A DNA stretch of 64,000 bases from Lama glama. Its lineage: Eukaryota. The stretch is taken from the NCBI GenBank assembly GCA_028534125.1, contig CM052818.1, positions 12,836,001 through 12,900,000 on the forward strand, given 5' to 3'. The position numbers and the translations under genes were made by a program. The notes under the pieces were generated by a model. That model was not told the origin of the DNA. It saw nothing but the letters and a program-made list of their open reading frames with translations, and did no database searches. Of the stretch, positions 36,873 through 50,899 are shown one piece after another; position 1 is the stretch's first letter, and every line of letters begins with the position of its first letter.

Positions 36873-37664
36873 AGAAATGGTAAATAGTGCAGAAGCTGCG
36901 GAAAGCAATAGGAGGTTCATAAAAAATACTAGAAATAGAACTACCATATGATCCAGCAATTCCACTTCTTGGTATAAGCCAAAAAGAATTGAAATCAGAA
37001 TATTGAAGAGATATCTGTATTCCCATGTTCACTGCAGCATTATTCATAATAGCCAAATTGTGGAAACAACCCAACTGCCCATCAACAAATGAATGGATTT
37101 TAAAAATGGTATATACATAGAGTGAAATATTACTTATCTTTAAAAAAAAAGAAGGAAATTCTGCCACTTGTGACAACATAGATAAAGGACATAATGCTAA
37201 ATGAAATAAGTCTGTCACAGAATGGAATACTGCATGATTTATTTATATGAGGCATCTAAAATAGTCAAACTAATAAAAGCAGAGACCACAACAGTGGTCA
37301 CCAGGAGCTGAGGGTTGGGGGAAGAAGGGTGTTGCTTTTTGAAGGGAATAAGTTTTCAGTTATCCTAGATGAGTAAGTTCTAGATATCTGCTGACAAAAT
37401 AGTGTCTATAGTTAGTAATACAGTATTTATAGTTCAAATCTGTTAAGATGGTGGATTTCATGTTAAAACAAACAAACAAAAACAGAAAACAAGTAAACAA
37501 AGGGACATAAGGAAACTTTGGGAGGTGTTGGATATGTCTGTCCCCTGATCATCATGGTATCATGGATGTTTGCAAGATATGCAAACTCATCAAATTGTAC
37601 ACATTTAATACATGTAGATTTTGTATATCAAATTTATTTCAATAAAGCTGTTAAAAATTAAAAA
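36873..37664 (+). mobile_element. Sense 3' segment of the same L1MB-like element (ORF2 end and 3' UTR)
   Basis: atagaactaccatatgatccagcaattccactt; ends aataaagctgttaaaaa. Confidence 0.9.
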
Positions 37665-39169
37665 GATATTAGAGACTAAGAGCTAGGGAAGACCGAAGTT
37701 CTTATTTTCTACTCTCCTCTAACTGTCCCACTTTCTAAATAATCTCTTCTTTCTTGAAATCTAACCTAGTTTCTCTGTGTCAAACATAATGTCCTTGGTT
37801 AACCATACAATTTACAATCTCTACAAAATGCTACATGAGACCAATCTGTTTACCTCCCATCAAGTATCACCTCTACTTCATTTGAACCAAAAAGAAAAAG
37901 ATTGTCAACAACTACGTGGATTGAAATTGAATTTGCAATTTTTATTTGTTATCCTTTAATCATGGTTAAACACAAAGTCTTAATTGTCTATTTGTATTCT
38001 CAAATATGACATATTGTCCAATTTTACTATTTCTTTCCAGGTTATGTTTTGAAATTAGGGTTTCGACTAAGAATTTCTTTTTAACAAGGACTGTTGCTAA
38101 ATATACTCTCATCTTCCATTTCATTTATTTTTTAATTCAAGGCATATTTAATTGATTCAAAATTGTTTTCTGTGTGAAGTGATCGGTTCCAAACACAATC
38201 ACAATAATGGCAGAATGGAAAACACAAGGGTTTGGTGGGATGGGATAGAGTGAAAACAAATTGGAATAGGAGAAGAAGCAAACAAAAAATTGCCTGAGTG
38301 CCAGAGGAGCAGTCATTTAAAGCTATTGCAAAATTTCCAGAAATAGCTGATGCCCACACAATAATTACCACTTCTAACCTGGTGGTAAGCATACTGCTTC
38401 CTGAATATTTTCCTTTAATACTTATAGTAAAAAATATGTACTCCTCCTATATCACTATATTTTGTAGATGTTAAGTGTGTTGAAACCTTTTCTTCTTCCC
38501 AAGAGAACTGTGATTTTTTTAATATTTTATGGAAGATCTGAAATATTAAGGTACATCTTCTGTCATTAGTCTTTGCTAAAGTAACTTCTATAGAATTTAA
38601 TTTTTAATGTATATTTGCAGCATTTCAATTTATAATTTGATTTTCATTATGCATATCCAGCACTATAGTGCAATATGCTGTTGGTAATGAGAATATTTGC
38701 AAACAGTACAAATTTAATTAAGCATCCTTAAGAATTATGGCAGAAACGGCTTTGGAACTTCAAAGGCTCTGTGAGAAAATAAAGACAGTTCACCTTATGT
38801 CTACAGACATAGGTTTAATTAACTAGTGTGTAAAAGTGTAGATCACACATTTAATTAAACATGTTCAATGACAGCAGAAATTTTAGCCATTAAACAACAA
38901 TCAGAATTCAAAAGCAAAAACTGAAATAACTGAAGCTACTCCGTTTACCACATCATAATTACCCAACACAAAAGAAAATGCCCTGAGACTGAAGGTCCCA
39001 GTTTTAAAATTAATTAAGTTTTCTTAAATGTTAAGTACTTTTTTTCATTTTGTGTAATATTTATTTAAATATTTATATAGAATGTTCATTTATAAAGATA
39101 CAAAGAGAATATTCTATTCATATATTCAATTGACAAGTATTTATGAACTACCGAATAGATACAAGGCAT

Positions 39170-39719
39170 TGCATTATTTATTGCTGCATAACAAATTACC
39201 ATGAATTTATCAGTCTCAAACTACACACATTTATTATCTCACAATTTTTGCAGATCCAGAGCCCCAGCATGGCTTAGCTGGGGTCCTCTGCTTCAGCGTT
39301 TCTCATCAGACTGCAATCAAGGCACTGAATAGTGCTGGGGCCACATCTAAGGCTTGAATGGAGAAGGATCTGCTGCTTTCAAGCTTATGTGGTTATCAGT
39401 AGGGTTCAGATACTTATAAGCTCTCAGATAAAGGCCTTTGCAACTTGCTGGCTGTCAGCCAGAGATGACCCTAATTTCCTTGTCATGTGGGTCTATCCAT
39501 GTGGCAGCATACTTTATAAAAGCCAGCAAGGGAGAGTCAATAATCAAAGTCTGCTAGCAAGACGGAAGTTACAATCTTATATCATGTAACTGTGGAAATG
39601 ACATTCCACCTCCTTGCCATATTATATTGGTTATAAGCAGGTCACAAGTCCTGTCCACAGTCAAGGGGGGCAGATCAAAATACCATGAGTCAAGAGAGTC
39701 ATCTTAGAGTATGTCCATG
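39170..39719 (-). mobile_element. MLT1 (MaLR) solo LTR inserted into an antisense L2 (39115-39169, resumes 39720-39790)
   Basis: ttgctgcataacaaattacc...ggcttagctggggtcctctgc; L2 ...caaggcat|tgttctgggtgctggg is split, with 5-bp TSD ggcat/agcat. Confidence 0.8.
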
Positions 39720-39857
39720 AGCATTGTTCTGGGTGCTGGGTATAAAGTAGTGAACAAGACAGACATGATACCTCTGCTTATGACAAACATACAACAAAAA
39801 AGACTACTGACACATTAATAGCCAATCTTTATTCTGTATCACTTTTGATTGGTAATA

Positions 39858-39859
<2 letters not shown>

Positions 39860-39907
<48 letters not shown>

Positions 39908-39929
39908 TGTGTGTGTGTCTGTGTGTGTG
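39860..39929. repeat. (TG)n microsatellite
   Basis: Directly visible. Confidence 0.95.
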
Positions 39930-40639
39930 CAGTAACTCTGCTATCCGGGTTTGTGTGATGAACTGAAAGGGATGGAGAAAATTAACTATGAAGTTATTAA
40001 AGTCATCCAAACAATGAAGTAATAAAATTCTGTTTTAGACTGAGAACAGTGGAATGGAAAAGGAGTTAATTAGCAATTGCAGAAGATACTGGTAATTGGC
40101 TGCTCTTAGAAAAGGGAGAATAAAAAAGAGGGAGGCAGCAAGGATGGCTTCAAAGTTTTCATCCTTAGCAACTGGGAGAATAATTCTGCCCACAAACATA
40201 CTTTGAAAGGAAATTTATTTGAGAAGAATGATGATGAACTTATTTTACACATAATACGTTGAAGGTAAAATAAAAACTTCAGGTGAAATTGTTTTTCAAA
40301 AAGTAAGAGAGACAGAACATAAGTTTCAAAGAGAGATCAGAGTTGCAGAAATAGAAAACTGCTCTCCAAAAATAGTTATGCTTTGGTTGAGTGGAAAAAT
40401 CTGTTCCATCAAACTTGAAGAGTAAGTAATGGGAATATTTCTTTAGAAAGGAATAATATATGTTGATATAAGAGTCTTTAGGAATGATCGTGGTTTTTAT
40501 CTGCTTCAGATCCAAAACATGAAAAACCTGGTATCTTGAGATTCCATTTATACCCCATTTTATCCAGCTCTGCGCCATCGTCACTGCTGGCTCTCTTGGC
40601 ACACCCTCCCCTCCCCTCACCCTGTCTAAATACTGAGTA

Positions 40640-40860
40640 TGGGCCCAACACCATGGTTCTGGCTCTGGTACTAATTATCAACCTTAAGACGCACACAAGT
40701 TGCCCTACCCTTCCTTGTCTCATATTGTTCCTACAAATGGGGATAGTCATATGTGACCCACCAATCTTATTGAGTTCTCATGAATGCAAATGGACTCTTA
40801 ATGTGAACAGCTGCAATAAATTAAAATGTAATAAATTAAATTAAATTATTATTATTAAAG
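40640..40860 (+). mobile_element. MIR fragment
   Basis: ttctggctctggtactaatt...cctacaaatggggatag...aaatgtaa. Confidence 0.5.
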
Positions 40861-41099
40861 AGTATGGTGACTATACTGTTCTCTTTATTCCTTTTATGTT
40901 TGTTACAAATGGTACAAATTGTATTGGTTTTCTAATTCCCTCACATTTAGCTTAGGTTTAGTTAAGACAGACCTTGAGTTTTAAAGGAAAAAAACACAGG
41001 TATACCAACTTTTAAGTATTATGGCACTATGCAAACACTGAGATATAGTAAATATTCAGTAACTATTTAATAATTTGATTCCATATAATAAATCGTTTT

Positions 41100-41240
41100 A
41101 TTTTATATTTGCCTCCACTACAAAATAAGCTTCTTAAGGGCAGAGTCTCTTTTTTCCACTTTTGCATCCCCTCTTCCTAGAGGGGCATTCAGCACACACT
41201 AGGCATCCAATAAATTTTTACTAAATAAATACGTGACTTA
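41100..41240 (+). mobile_element. L2 3' end
   Basis: taagcttcttaagggcagag...ttcagcacacactaggcatccaataaatt. Confidence 0.65.
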
Positions 41241-43849
41241 ATTATTCATTCCTTCAATTCTCTTAGGTCAGTTTCATTAAAAGGCAATAATATGTAGAAA
41301 GCCAAGGTAATCATGCAGTAGTTTAATTATTTTGATGATTCAGAAAAAAATTTATTTTTTGTCTCCTGTTATCTAGAATATTTGATAAATACAGACTCAG
41401 TCTAAAATGAATAGTAGGATTTTCGAAACAGATATGCTAGCAGGAACTCTTTTGACTCACAAGTGATAGTATATTTCCTTTTGTTCTTCTAACTTTGCTG
41501 TTACAGATGCACTCTGCTTTTCCGTTGGGACATTCTGAAGCTGCAGCATAACAGACATGATCTCTGTTATGGCCCCAGTTAGCAGTGGGTAGGGCTTGCT
41601 CATATAATGCAGATACTTGTTAGCTGCTGTACAGATGAGTTACACAATTATTTGCCTTCAGACTTGAAGTTGACTGTAGAAACAAAAGACTACCAGAACA
41701 AGACTCAAAAACTGTGAAAAGTTTAATGCCTAAAGTGGAAAGGAAATAAAAAAACACTGGATTTGGTTTCAACTCACCAAAGAGAAGTGGTAGGTAGGAA
41801 AAGCAAAAGGACAAAATAAGCCACAAGCAATGCCCAATAGTAAAAGAATAACAAATGGAGTTTGAAAGCCTCTGAAAATGTCATATCAAAGCAGTTGCTA
41901 TGTTTTACATGTTTCCTCTTGGGATATCATCACAGCCCTTGGCCAGTATAGACCTGGCAAAAGCTATCATGTATTAATTCTCTCAACAAATATTTAATGA
42001 GGACCTATTACAAAGCAAACACTGTGCTGACATTTTTCATCACAGTCCTTGGTCTCCATGAGATTATGCATTAATAGGGAAAAATGCATTAACATACCAG
42101 TATAATATGTGATTGATTCATTTTTCAAAATTAATTGACACACACAATGGAAAAATCATTGGATATTCAAACCAAAGACAAAATAGGAGATGGAGATAAT
42201 TTTTTTTGTAAATATGTTAAGTGCATTTTAACTTCCCCTTTTATCATGGTTACATTGCAACCTTCCAGTTAAATGAATCATAATGTTCTCAAGCAGCAGA
42301 GTCAGTACTTCACCTCTTGGGCACACCAATAGGCACAAAAGCCAGGTTTCTTAGAGACAGAAATTGCTTTATTCCCTTAGCTGTCATTTAACAAATCAAA
42401 GGCTAAAATGAGAAGATACATTATGAATTCTCCCTGTAAAGTGGGTGAAATATTCATCATCATTTAGACTCAATAATGAAACTGAAACTTGGTATAAAGA
42501 AAAGCCTGCACAATTGGTCCTAGGGGTCATGGGCAGAAGAAGAGGGGAGAAAGACAGGAGAGAAAATAGAGACACATGTCTCAATTTCCCCTCTTCAGTC
42601 TTCACCTCCGAAAGGGAGAGTTAATGAGGTAATCATACTGATACTGAGGGTATCCACTCTTCTTTTAGAATTCTGAGAAGAGAAAGTCTCACAGCCACAA
42701 GTGTAAAAAGTAAATCTGGTGGCTTAGGATGATGAATCACTAAAACACATTCCGATTCCATGATCGTGCACAGGCTGATACCCATAAGGCATAGACAGGA
42801 CCCAGGAACATCTGGGAGTCTGGTTAGAAAACGTATAGAGAGGATCCCAAGAGTAAGACAAAATGGCTTGGATGAGAAGTGAAGACTCCTGGAGCCTGGC
42901 TGACAGGGAGACACTCCAGATCTAAAAGGGGTCTGCAGAACAAGGTGGGGTTCAGGCAAGGCTGAATGAAGCTGACCCTGGAAGGGAGAAAGGACTGTGA
43001 GTTAACATCAGCTACGTCCTCCAGCCACTGACCCAGATGAGCAAACTGCAACAAGGGAGGAAAGAAAATACTGTGCCCGAGACCAGAAAAACCAGACCAC
43101 ATTATCCCCAAGTTCTCTTAAGTCTTTCCCTCCTCCATGACATCACGTAAGTCATATTTCGACTCCCAAATACTCAGCTACCATCTTGGAAGGAAGCTGC
43201 AGCTGTAAGGAAGAACTAAAATCTGAAAGCCTGAGCATTCTTTTCTAGGGGTGTCAAGCAAAATCTGTAGGGATTGTATATATAAATTACAGGGACAGAT
43301 GATATTTGAAATAGGAAATGACTAAAAGAGCCCCTCCCCCATCCTGCCACCCTCCAACTAAACAATGGAAGGTTGTTGAGAGGGAAAACAATTTAGTTAT
43401 TGATAAAGAAAAGAAACTACAGTTTCTCCAAACATTTTAGCTATATTATTAGTCAAATTTGGAGGTCTAGGTATGTGGGTTTCAGCTAAGAAAATAAAGT
43501 CAAGAGGTTGCCTGTTTGTTCTCTGCCCAGACACATTTTAAGACAGTAAAGGAAAGAAAAACTGCCTTTTTGAAATCTTCCACTAGCAGAATAGAGCTTA
43601 ACTCAAAGTGGATTTAAGGTCACAGCTGGTTTGATTTGAAGAGTCTCAGAAAGTTCCTTTCACTTCTCTTTCTTTTCCTCCTGTTTCCTTTGAGCCAAAT
43701 TTGCATCAACTTCTCCCAGTTACAGGGACAGAAATTCCACCCCTAGACTCAGGTCTTGAATATTAACAGGAAGAGAAGTGGAATAAGAATTACAGTGATT
43801 TTAATGTATTCTAAGCTCAGTTCTGGGTGACTTAAATAGAAGAGTACAG

Positions 43850-44090
43850 CAGTGAGGGTTATTTATGGAGCTCTTACTTGGTACTGCACATTGTGTACAA
43901 TACATACATAATCTCATTTAATCTTCACCTTTCACACCAACCCAGATGATGTTTGTCTCCATTTTATAGATGGAGACATTTGGGATTAGCGAAGATAAAT
44001 GACTTATCAAAAGGCAGAAGTATATGAATGGTAAAGTAGAGATAAAAAATCATGCCAATCTCATTCCAAAGCTACTTCCCAACGATCTAA
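43850..44090 (-). mobile_element. MIR SINE
   Basis: aatctcatttaatcttcac...ctccattttatagatggagac...aaatgacttatcaaaaggc. Confidence 0.75.
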
Positions 44091-46306
44091 CTGGTCTTGT
44101 AGAATTATTTAAAATTGTAAATACCCTTAAAAGGTATTTCTCCATAATTTCTTACCAATACCTTAGAAAATTCTGGATAAACACAACAAAATCAAAATTC
44201 TTAACGTAAACCATCTGAGAGGAAGGGGACCAGTAAGGGGAGAAGTGGGCCACTAAAGAAAACCCAAAGTTACTACAGTATGTCCCATAGCATTAGCTTA
44301 ATCTATGAAGCCTGGAACAGTGCCAGGAATATAGTAAATATTGAATAAATTCTTGTTAATTAAATAGATTCCACTTTTTTGATATTCTCGTCCTCACTTG
44401 CCCAACTCCACATTTTCCATGCAATTAACCTAGCCAGATTTCAAACATGGTTTTGCTCTCTTACCAGGAATGATTTTAAGAGAACTAACACCAGTACCAA
44501 CACCAACTTATACAAATGAAAAGAGGTTCTGGAATTCACATTCCAGTTACTTTCTTGGACCCCACCCATTTGTTCAGTATTTTACTAGATGAGTATCTCC
44601 TGGGGGTTATATCTCCCATTTACCCTCAGTTGCTATGATAAAAAGTAGGATAGTGAGATGTATGGTCACCTTGGATAGACACTGTAAAATGCTTTCCCTG
44701 GAAGAACTTAACTTCAAACAATTGTATTCCATTGAAAATTGCCATGTTTAAAAGTTTGTGCAGAATGTCTACAAGAGCTAGCCTCAAGCAACAAAACTGA
44801 TGAAAGGAGGCATATAAACTGGGAACAGTTAAAAGAATAAAGGAAAAGTAAAGGAAGAGATTATAATAAACTTGTAACAAGGACCTGTAAGTTATCTTGG
44901 TGGAACAGTTCTGATTAGATGCAAAGCAGAAAAGGAATTGTTCTATAAATAATGAAGCACCAGGGACTTGCCTTGGATTTCTCCAGCTGTTTCTGTAATG
45001 ACTCTCTCCATTGCTGAGCCAAGTACCTACCATCACATCTTACAGTCACTCTGCCTGCATCCCACTGTCCCAGGACCTGGCTCAAACCTCATCCTCCTGT
45101 ACTTTTAGCCAAGAAAGGCTTAAGAGGTTCGCCTCTTAGGAGCATCTTTGCAAGGAAGAGCCACTTAAACAGTTGAGTGTTTTAATGATCTTAATGGGTA
45201 AATCAGCTTTAGGAGAATTCCTGGTAGATTAAATTCAGGGACAGATATCATGAGAGGAGAGTGGTACAAATCAAGGGAAAGTCAAATTACCCTATTTGGT
45301 CAGGCAGCCCTGGGTCAGAAATACTAGAGCACAGGCTGTGGAGCTAACCAAAATGAAGATCAGATCTTGTCTCCAGCATGCACTGAATGCATAGCTTTGG
45401 GCAACATCAATAAATGAGCAAAAATTGTCTGGCATGTAGCTGGCAATTATATATTGTAGCTATAGTTATTACACCGTGTGATTAAACAGTATCATTAAAA
45501 AATGTGGCAGTGTGGCATGCAGTTTTTGCTCAGTAAATATTAGCTTAATCAGAATCTGCATTCCACTAAACCAACTCACAGAAGTATCCCTGGTGCCTAA
45601 TTATTTAGAAAGAGAAAATACACCATTTGTGCAACATGACAGAGTAAGACTTTATTCTTTTTCCTCTGTGAAAGAAGTTTGATTAAATTTTTCATAAATT
45701 GCTCCATTTAATGCAGCAATGATGGAATTTTTTGTGAAAGGCAAACCTGGGAAAAGCTGAATACCAAGCCTCAAACCACTAAGCCCTCTTCTGCTGTTTA
45801 AGATTAAGTGTCAACATAAGAAACTTAAAATACTAATTTTGGATAACTATACATGAAGGCCAGGTGGAATGAAAGAAAACAGTATTTTTTTCTCCAGTTT
45901 TGATTTCACTAAATCTAATGACTTTTTATCTTTTAAAGACAGAACAGTGCCCTGGGAGTCATATCACATAGTATGCCAATTTATGATGAGAAAGCCTGTG
46001 TTTCTGGTAGTAGGAACAGCTGATAAGTCTTCTAAGGTCTTGAAATCTCTACACATTCTGTAAGATACTGAAGATGTGACAAGAGGACAGGAATCACCCT
46101 TAGCTGAAGGGAATTCCTTACCATATTATAGTGGATTGTTGAAGACTATTTCAACCCACAAATATCTGAGAGAAGTGGCTAGTTCAAATCAAACAAATAG
46201 CTATATCACAACTATTTAAAAACGTAACTCTGTGGGAAGAGAGCAGTTTTCCCTATCATGTCTCTAAGGTGAAAAAATGAGAGGTGAAAAAACAATTAGG
46301 CAGAAG

Positions 46307-46806
46307 NNNNNNNNNNNNNNNNNNNNNNNNNNNNNNNNNNNNNNNNNNNNNNNNNNNNNNNNNNNNNNNNNNNNNNNNNNNNNNNNNNNNNNNNNNNNNN
46401 NNNNNNNNNNNNNNNNNNNNNNNNNNNNNNNNNNNNNNNNNNNNNNNNNNNNNNNNNNNNNNNNNNNNNNNNNNNNNNNNNNNNNNNNNNNNNNNNNNNN
46501 NNNNNNNNNNNNNNNNNNNNNNNNNNNNNNNNNNNNNNNNNNNNNNNNNNNNNNNNNNNNNNNNNNNNNNNNNNNNNNNNNNNNNNNNNNNNNNNNNNNN
46601 NNNNNNNNNNNNNNNNNNNNNNNNNNNNNNNNNNNNNNNNNNNNNNNNNNNNNNNNNNNNNNNNNNNNNNNNNNNNNNNNNNNNNNNNNNNNNNNNNNNN
46701 NNNNNNNNNNNNNNNNNNNNNNNNNNNNNNNNNNNNNNNNNNNNNNNNNNNNNNNNNNNNNNNNNNNNNNNNNNNNNNNNNNNNNNNNNNNNNNNNNNNN
46801 NNNNNN
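46307..46806. other. Assembly gap (500 N) adjoining a GA-rich purine repeat
   Basis: N run followed by gaggggagagagagagggagagagagagggaaggg. Confidence 1.
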
Positions 46807-47994
46807 AGATGAGGGGAGAGAGAGAGGGAGAGAGAGAGGGAAGGGAACCATTCGTCTACCAGGTTGGAGATAATTTCCCATATACCTTCAATGACCTCTT
46901 ACTTGTGTTTCAAATCATAGTATATATCCCAGTTTGACATGACAACCTGATTTCTTCATCTTCAGAACCTTCAGTCTTCATACCTGGCAGGCCTGCTGTT
47001 GTTCCTGGAGCTCTTGGAGCTTCCCAGTCCCTCTCAGCAAGAATACTTCAGGGGATTATCCCCATAAGCAAGATTTGCCATTTCAAGTACTATTTCTTTT
47101 TAATTAATGAGTTTGTGACAGTCTTAAAAATACATATTTTCTACCTCTCTAGTTTAAATATAATATACAAAGCATAAGCTAAGTCTGTTTTGATGACTGA
47201 GTCATTTACTGGGCATTACAGTACTGTAGACTATTGAGGGAAGTAGAATGATTACCCCTGCATTAAATGGCTCCTGTCCATTGAACTGTCCATTGCTTGT
47301 TTGTATCTATTTTATAAATGCCTTTTTTTCTCAATATTAGGCTGTAACTTGTTGCTGTGTCAAGTCATTGCACGGTGAGCCATTACAACTAGTTATTTAA
47401 ATGCCTTATGAGCTGCGAAAAAATACAATCAAAAGTATGTGGTGAAAAAGAGTCAATAAAATCTGATGAGAATCTGAAGATCTCTTTGTAGAATAAAGTG
47501 CCAGGAATTCAAGTATACCTTGTGTGATGTGAAGGATAAAGCATGATATAAAATAACTCTGAAATCATGCTTGAGGTTGTAGAAAGTCTAAGAAAATAAA
47601 TAAATTTGGCATTAGTTCAACAATAATATTGATCAAAGCAATCTGCTTAAATACAGCAGGAAAAATCCCTAAGTTTTCACCAAGATGTGATTATTTCAAT
47701 ATGATCCAGAGATGCTCTTTGCTATTACCCCTTTCAAGATATTTTGGTTTGGTAGAGGAGTGGAAAAATCTAGTGACCATCTGGGCTTGGGGTAGGGATG
47801 ACTAAGTCAGTCCATGGTTGTATTCCTTTTGGGTAAGTAGTAATCAGCAGTCTAAATATGATTCACCCAGGAAGAACTTGAGTGAACTTGAACATTACTA
47901 AGATTAGCACTAATACTGAAAGTGGATGTGGCAAGAGAAAGAAAAGTTTGGCAAGGTCCAGTGGAAGGATCCAGCAGTAAAAAATCTACTTACT

Positions 47995-47995
<1 letters not shown>

Positions 47996-48050
<55 letters not shown>
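47996..48050. repeat. (TATC)n microsatellite at the tail end of an antisense L2 (48050-48150)
   Basis: Directly visible; followed by ttctaggtgctggaaatacagcagtgaacaaa. Confidence 0.95.
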
Positions 48051-48332
48051 TTAAAACTTAGTGTGTGCTGGACACTCTTCTAGGTGCTGGAAATACAGCA
48101 GTGAACAAACTGGACAAACATCTCTTCCCTCGTAGGACTTACAATTAAATGACAAGACTCAAAGATAAGATGGATGTGTTCTACCTATGTTGCAGAACAA
48201 GCCAACTTAACATGTGGCAGTAGTGAAGAGGATCTAGCATCCCTGAAATCTAGGTTGGCTATCCATGTGACAAACCAGAAGGCTGTTTAGGCAGTGTTCT
48301 GGCACTAGAGCTGGAACAGAACATCTTACTAT

Positions 48333-48772
48333 ATACATTAATTTTCTAGAGCTGTCATAACAATTACCACAAACTTGATGGCTTAAAATAAACTAAATAT
48401 ACTATTTCATAATTCTTAAGTCCAGAAGTCTGAAAGCAAAGTGTTGGCAAGGCCATACTACCCCAGAAGGTTCTAAGGGAGAACCAATTCTTGCTTATTC
48501 CAGCTTCTGGTGGCCCTAGATATTTCCCTGGCTTGTAGTAGCAAAACTCTAATCTCTTCCTCCATCTTCAAATGCCTTCCCCTCACCTCCCTGTGTCTCT
48601 CCTCTGGCTGTCATTTATAAGTACATGAGTCATTGGATTTAAGGTCTACTCTAAATCCAAGATAATCTCATCTTAAAATCCTTAATTACATCTGTAAAGA
48701 CCTACATTAGGTTATGTTCATAGATTATAGGTGGACTTAACTTTTGGGGAGACCACTATTCAACCCACTGTA
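48333..48772 (-). mobile_element. MLT1B/C-like MaLR solo LTR
   Basis: gctgtcataacaattaccacaaacttgatggcttaaa...ccagcttctggtggcc...actattcaacccactgta. Confidence 0.85.
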
Positions 48773-48989
48773 CTATATTAATGAAACATGGGACCCCAAA
48801 ATTCTTTGTAACTACTTGATTTCTCTCATTGCATTATTATTATTTATATTTCTATCTTCATTAGTCTCAGCTCCTGAAAGATGAGAATGATATCTATTTA
48901 TAACTTTTCATCCCCAAAGACTAGCTCAGTCCTCGACATACACAGATATTTAACTTACTGATATGTCAGTAAATTAGTAAATTTCCCCA

Positions 48990-49640
48990 CTTAAGCTCTT
49001 AGAGTTCTCTGGTTGCAAGCAAACAAAATTGATTCTAGCTACTAGGAAAAGGAGGAAATTATTATAACAAATTGGATTGAGGTAGCTCACAAAATCAAAG
49101 GTTCAAAAAGAGAAAGAGCCATACGATCTGAGGAGCCAGATAGTGTGTTCCAGCCCACAATTTCTTCAGGGAGATCTCCTAGAGCCATGCTCTTCAATAT
49201 AGGAGCTATGACAAAACTAAAAATTCAGTTACTGAGTGACACTAGCCACACTTCATGCTCAGTAGTCTTATGTGGCTAATGGCTATTGCACTTAGCTCAC
49301 ACAGAGGTATAACATTTCCATGACTGCAGAAATATCTATCAGATAACACTGTGCTAGAATGAGTCAGCCTCTTACATGAATCAATTCCATTCATTTTTCC
49401 ATCCTGTATCATGCCAGTGAAGATAAAAATTCTGGAGAGAGTTTCTCTGGCTCAGCCTGAGTTATGCATTGACCATTTTATCAGGATTGTATGGAGCATA
49501 TCAATGGAGAGCAATACTCAGACTACACATAATGCAGAAGACATAATTTCCTCAAAGGGAATTACAGTTCTAATATTAGAAGAAGCAGGAGTGGAATCTG
49601 GGTAGACAAAGAAACACAAAAGTTTACTACATATACCTAC
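48990..49640 (-). mobile_element. Old MLT1-type LTR remnant
   Basis: ttagagttctctggttgcaagcaaac...tggctcagcctgagttatgc...ctgggtagacaaa. Confidence 0.5.
49185..49358. mobile_element. MER3-like MITE nested in the LTR
   Basis: cactagccacacttcatgctcagtag...tgtggctaatggcta...aacatttccatgactgcagaaat. Confidence 0.7.
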
Positions 49641-50899
49641 TTTTGCATGTTCACATATTTGCTGTCATTTTAACATGAGAATGAAGATGACATTGCCCCA
49701 CAGTCTTCATTTATCAGTCAGCTAACTGAAACTGAAGGTAACCTCTTTAAAATATCCAGCCCTCAACAGGTATCTGGGCTGGGGTACGCAGGGCTGTTTG
49801 ATGCCATGCCAAAAATCCTGGCAGGTAGGGCAGAAACAGAAAGAGCCCTAGAACCGTTTGCCTGGTCTCTTTATGTCTGAAATGTACTTTCCTTTAAGCC
49901 TAGTCTGGTGATAAAGGAATTAAATATTCTTATCAAGTTTGGGAAGCTGGCACTGCTGGCTTCAAAGGGCCACTTTTTATTATGCAGCTGCCTTCAGCTT
50001 CAGCAAGGAAGGGGAAGGGAAAAAGAGGTTTTTGTCAGTACATAGCACTACAATTCATTCATTTTCACAACACAAACACTGCCTTTGTTAAATATCTCCA
50101 GTTTGATTTATGACTGCAGATCATATATCACAGTTCCTTGTGGTCTGATAGGAGTGTGCTTGTAGGAAAAAAAATCTAAACCTTAAATTGGTTGCAGCAT
50201 GAATTTCACAGTCAACCTGCCAAGAACTCAGCACATCTCTCTTTACCAATGTTTGAACAAGAAAAAGTAGTCATCCAAAGCATGAAAGTAAGAGTCAGAA
50301 ATGGAGATTGGGCTGGTAATCAAGAGCCCTGGACTTTGGTTCTGGCTCTGAACTTCAGATTACCCTTTTGTAATGGAAAGAGTTGGGTTCCGTGAACTTC
50401 AGGGTATTTTTCTGCCCCTAAAATTCTTTTTCTGCCTGTCATCTCACCCCACTAAACCATTCTCCCTTAGTCTCTCCTGCTGTTGGATTTATAACACTGG
50501 ACTACTTTAGCTTGATACTTTCCAATGTGTCAAACGTAAACTTTGTTTGCTATATTTTTCCTTCTCCCTCTCCAATAAGGTAGCCAGGCCCTTAGTATTT
50601 TCTTGCATTTGGAACTTGTTTTTTCCAGGGCCAACATCAGAAGCAGTTTGATGTCAAGAGCTATTCTTTTATTTGTCTAGACATACACTCACAGAGAGGA
50701 TATTTCTAGATATCTTCAAGGAGAAGGGATAAAGGAAAAAGAGTTCTAGAAATGTGCAAGAGAGAGGAAATTTTTCCTAGACTGGGATAGAAAGAGAAGA
50801 GTGATTATTTGACAACATGTTTCCTACAGTTTTGAAGACAAGGGATGACTTGTCATAGCATACTTAAGAGGACTGGAAATTTGGAAGTGTGTTCCCAGA

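Noticed and set aside
42900..43420. Possible ancient Gypsy-like or ERV LTR
   Set aside because: Only a vague resemblance; family and boundaries cannot be supported without an HMM search.
44626..45036. 136-aa minus-strand ORF containing an acceptor-like tract
   Set aside because: No recognisable homology or supporting neighbouring exons; consistent with chance.
46264..46937. Long ORFs spanning the second N gap
   Set aside because: Artefact of the N run.
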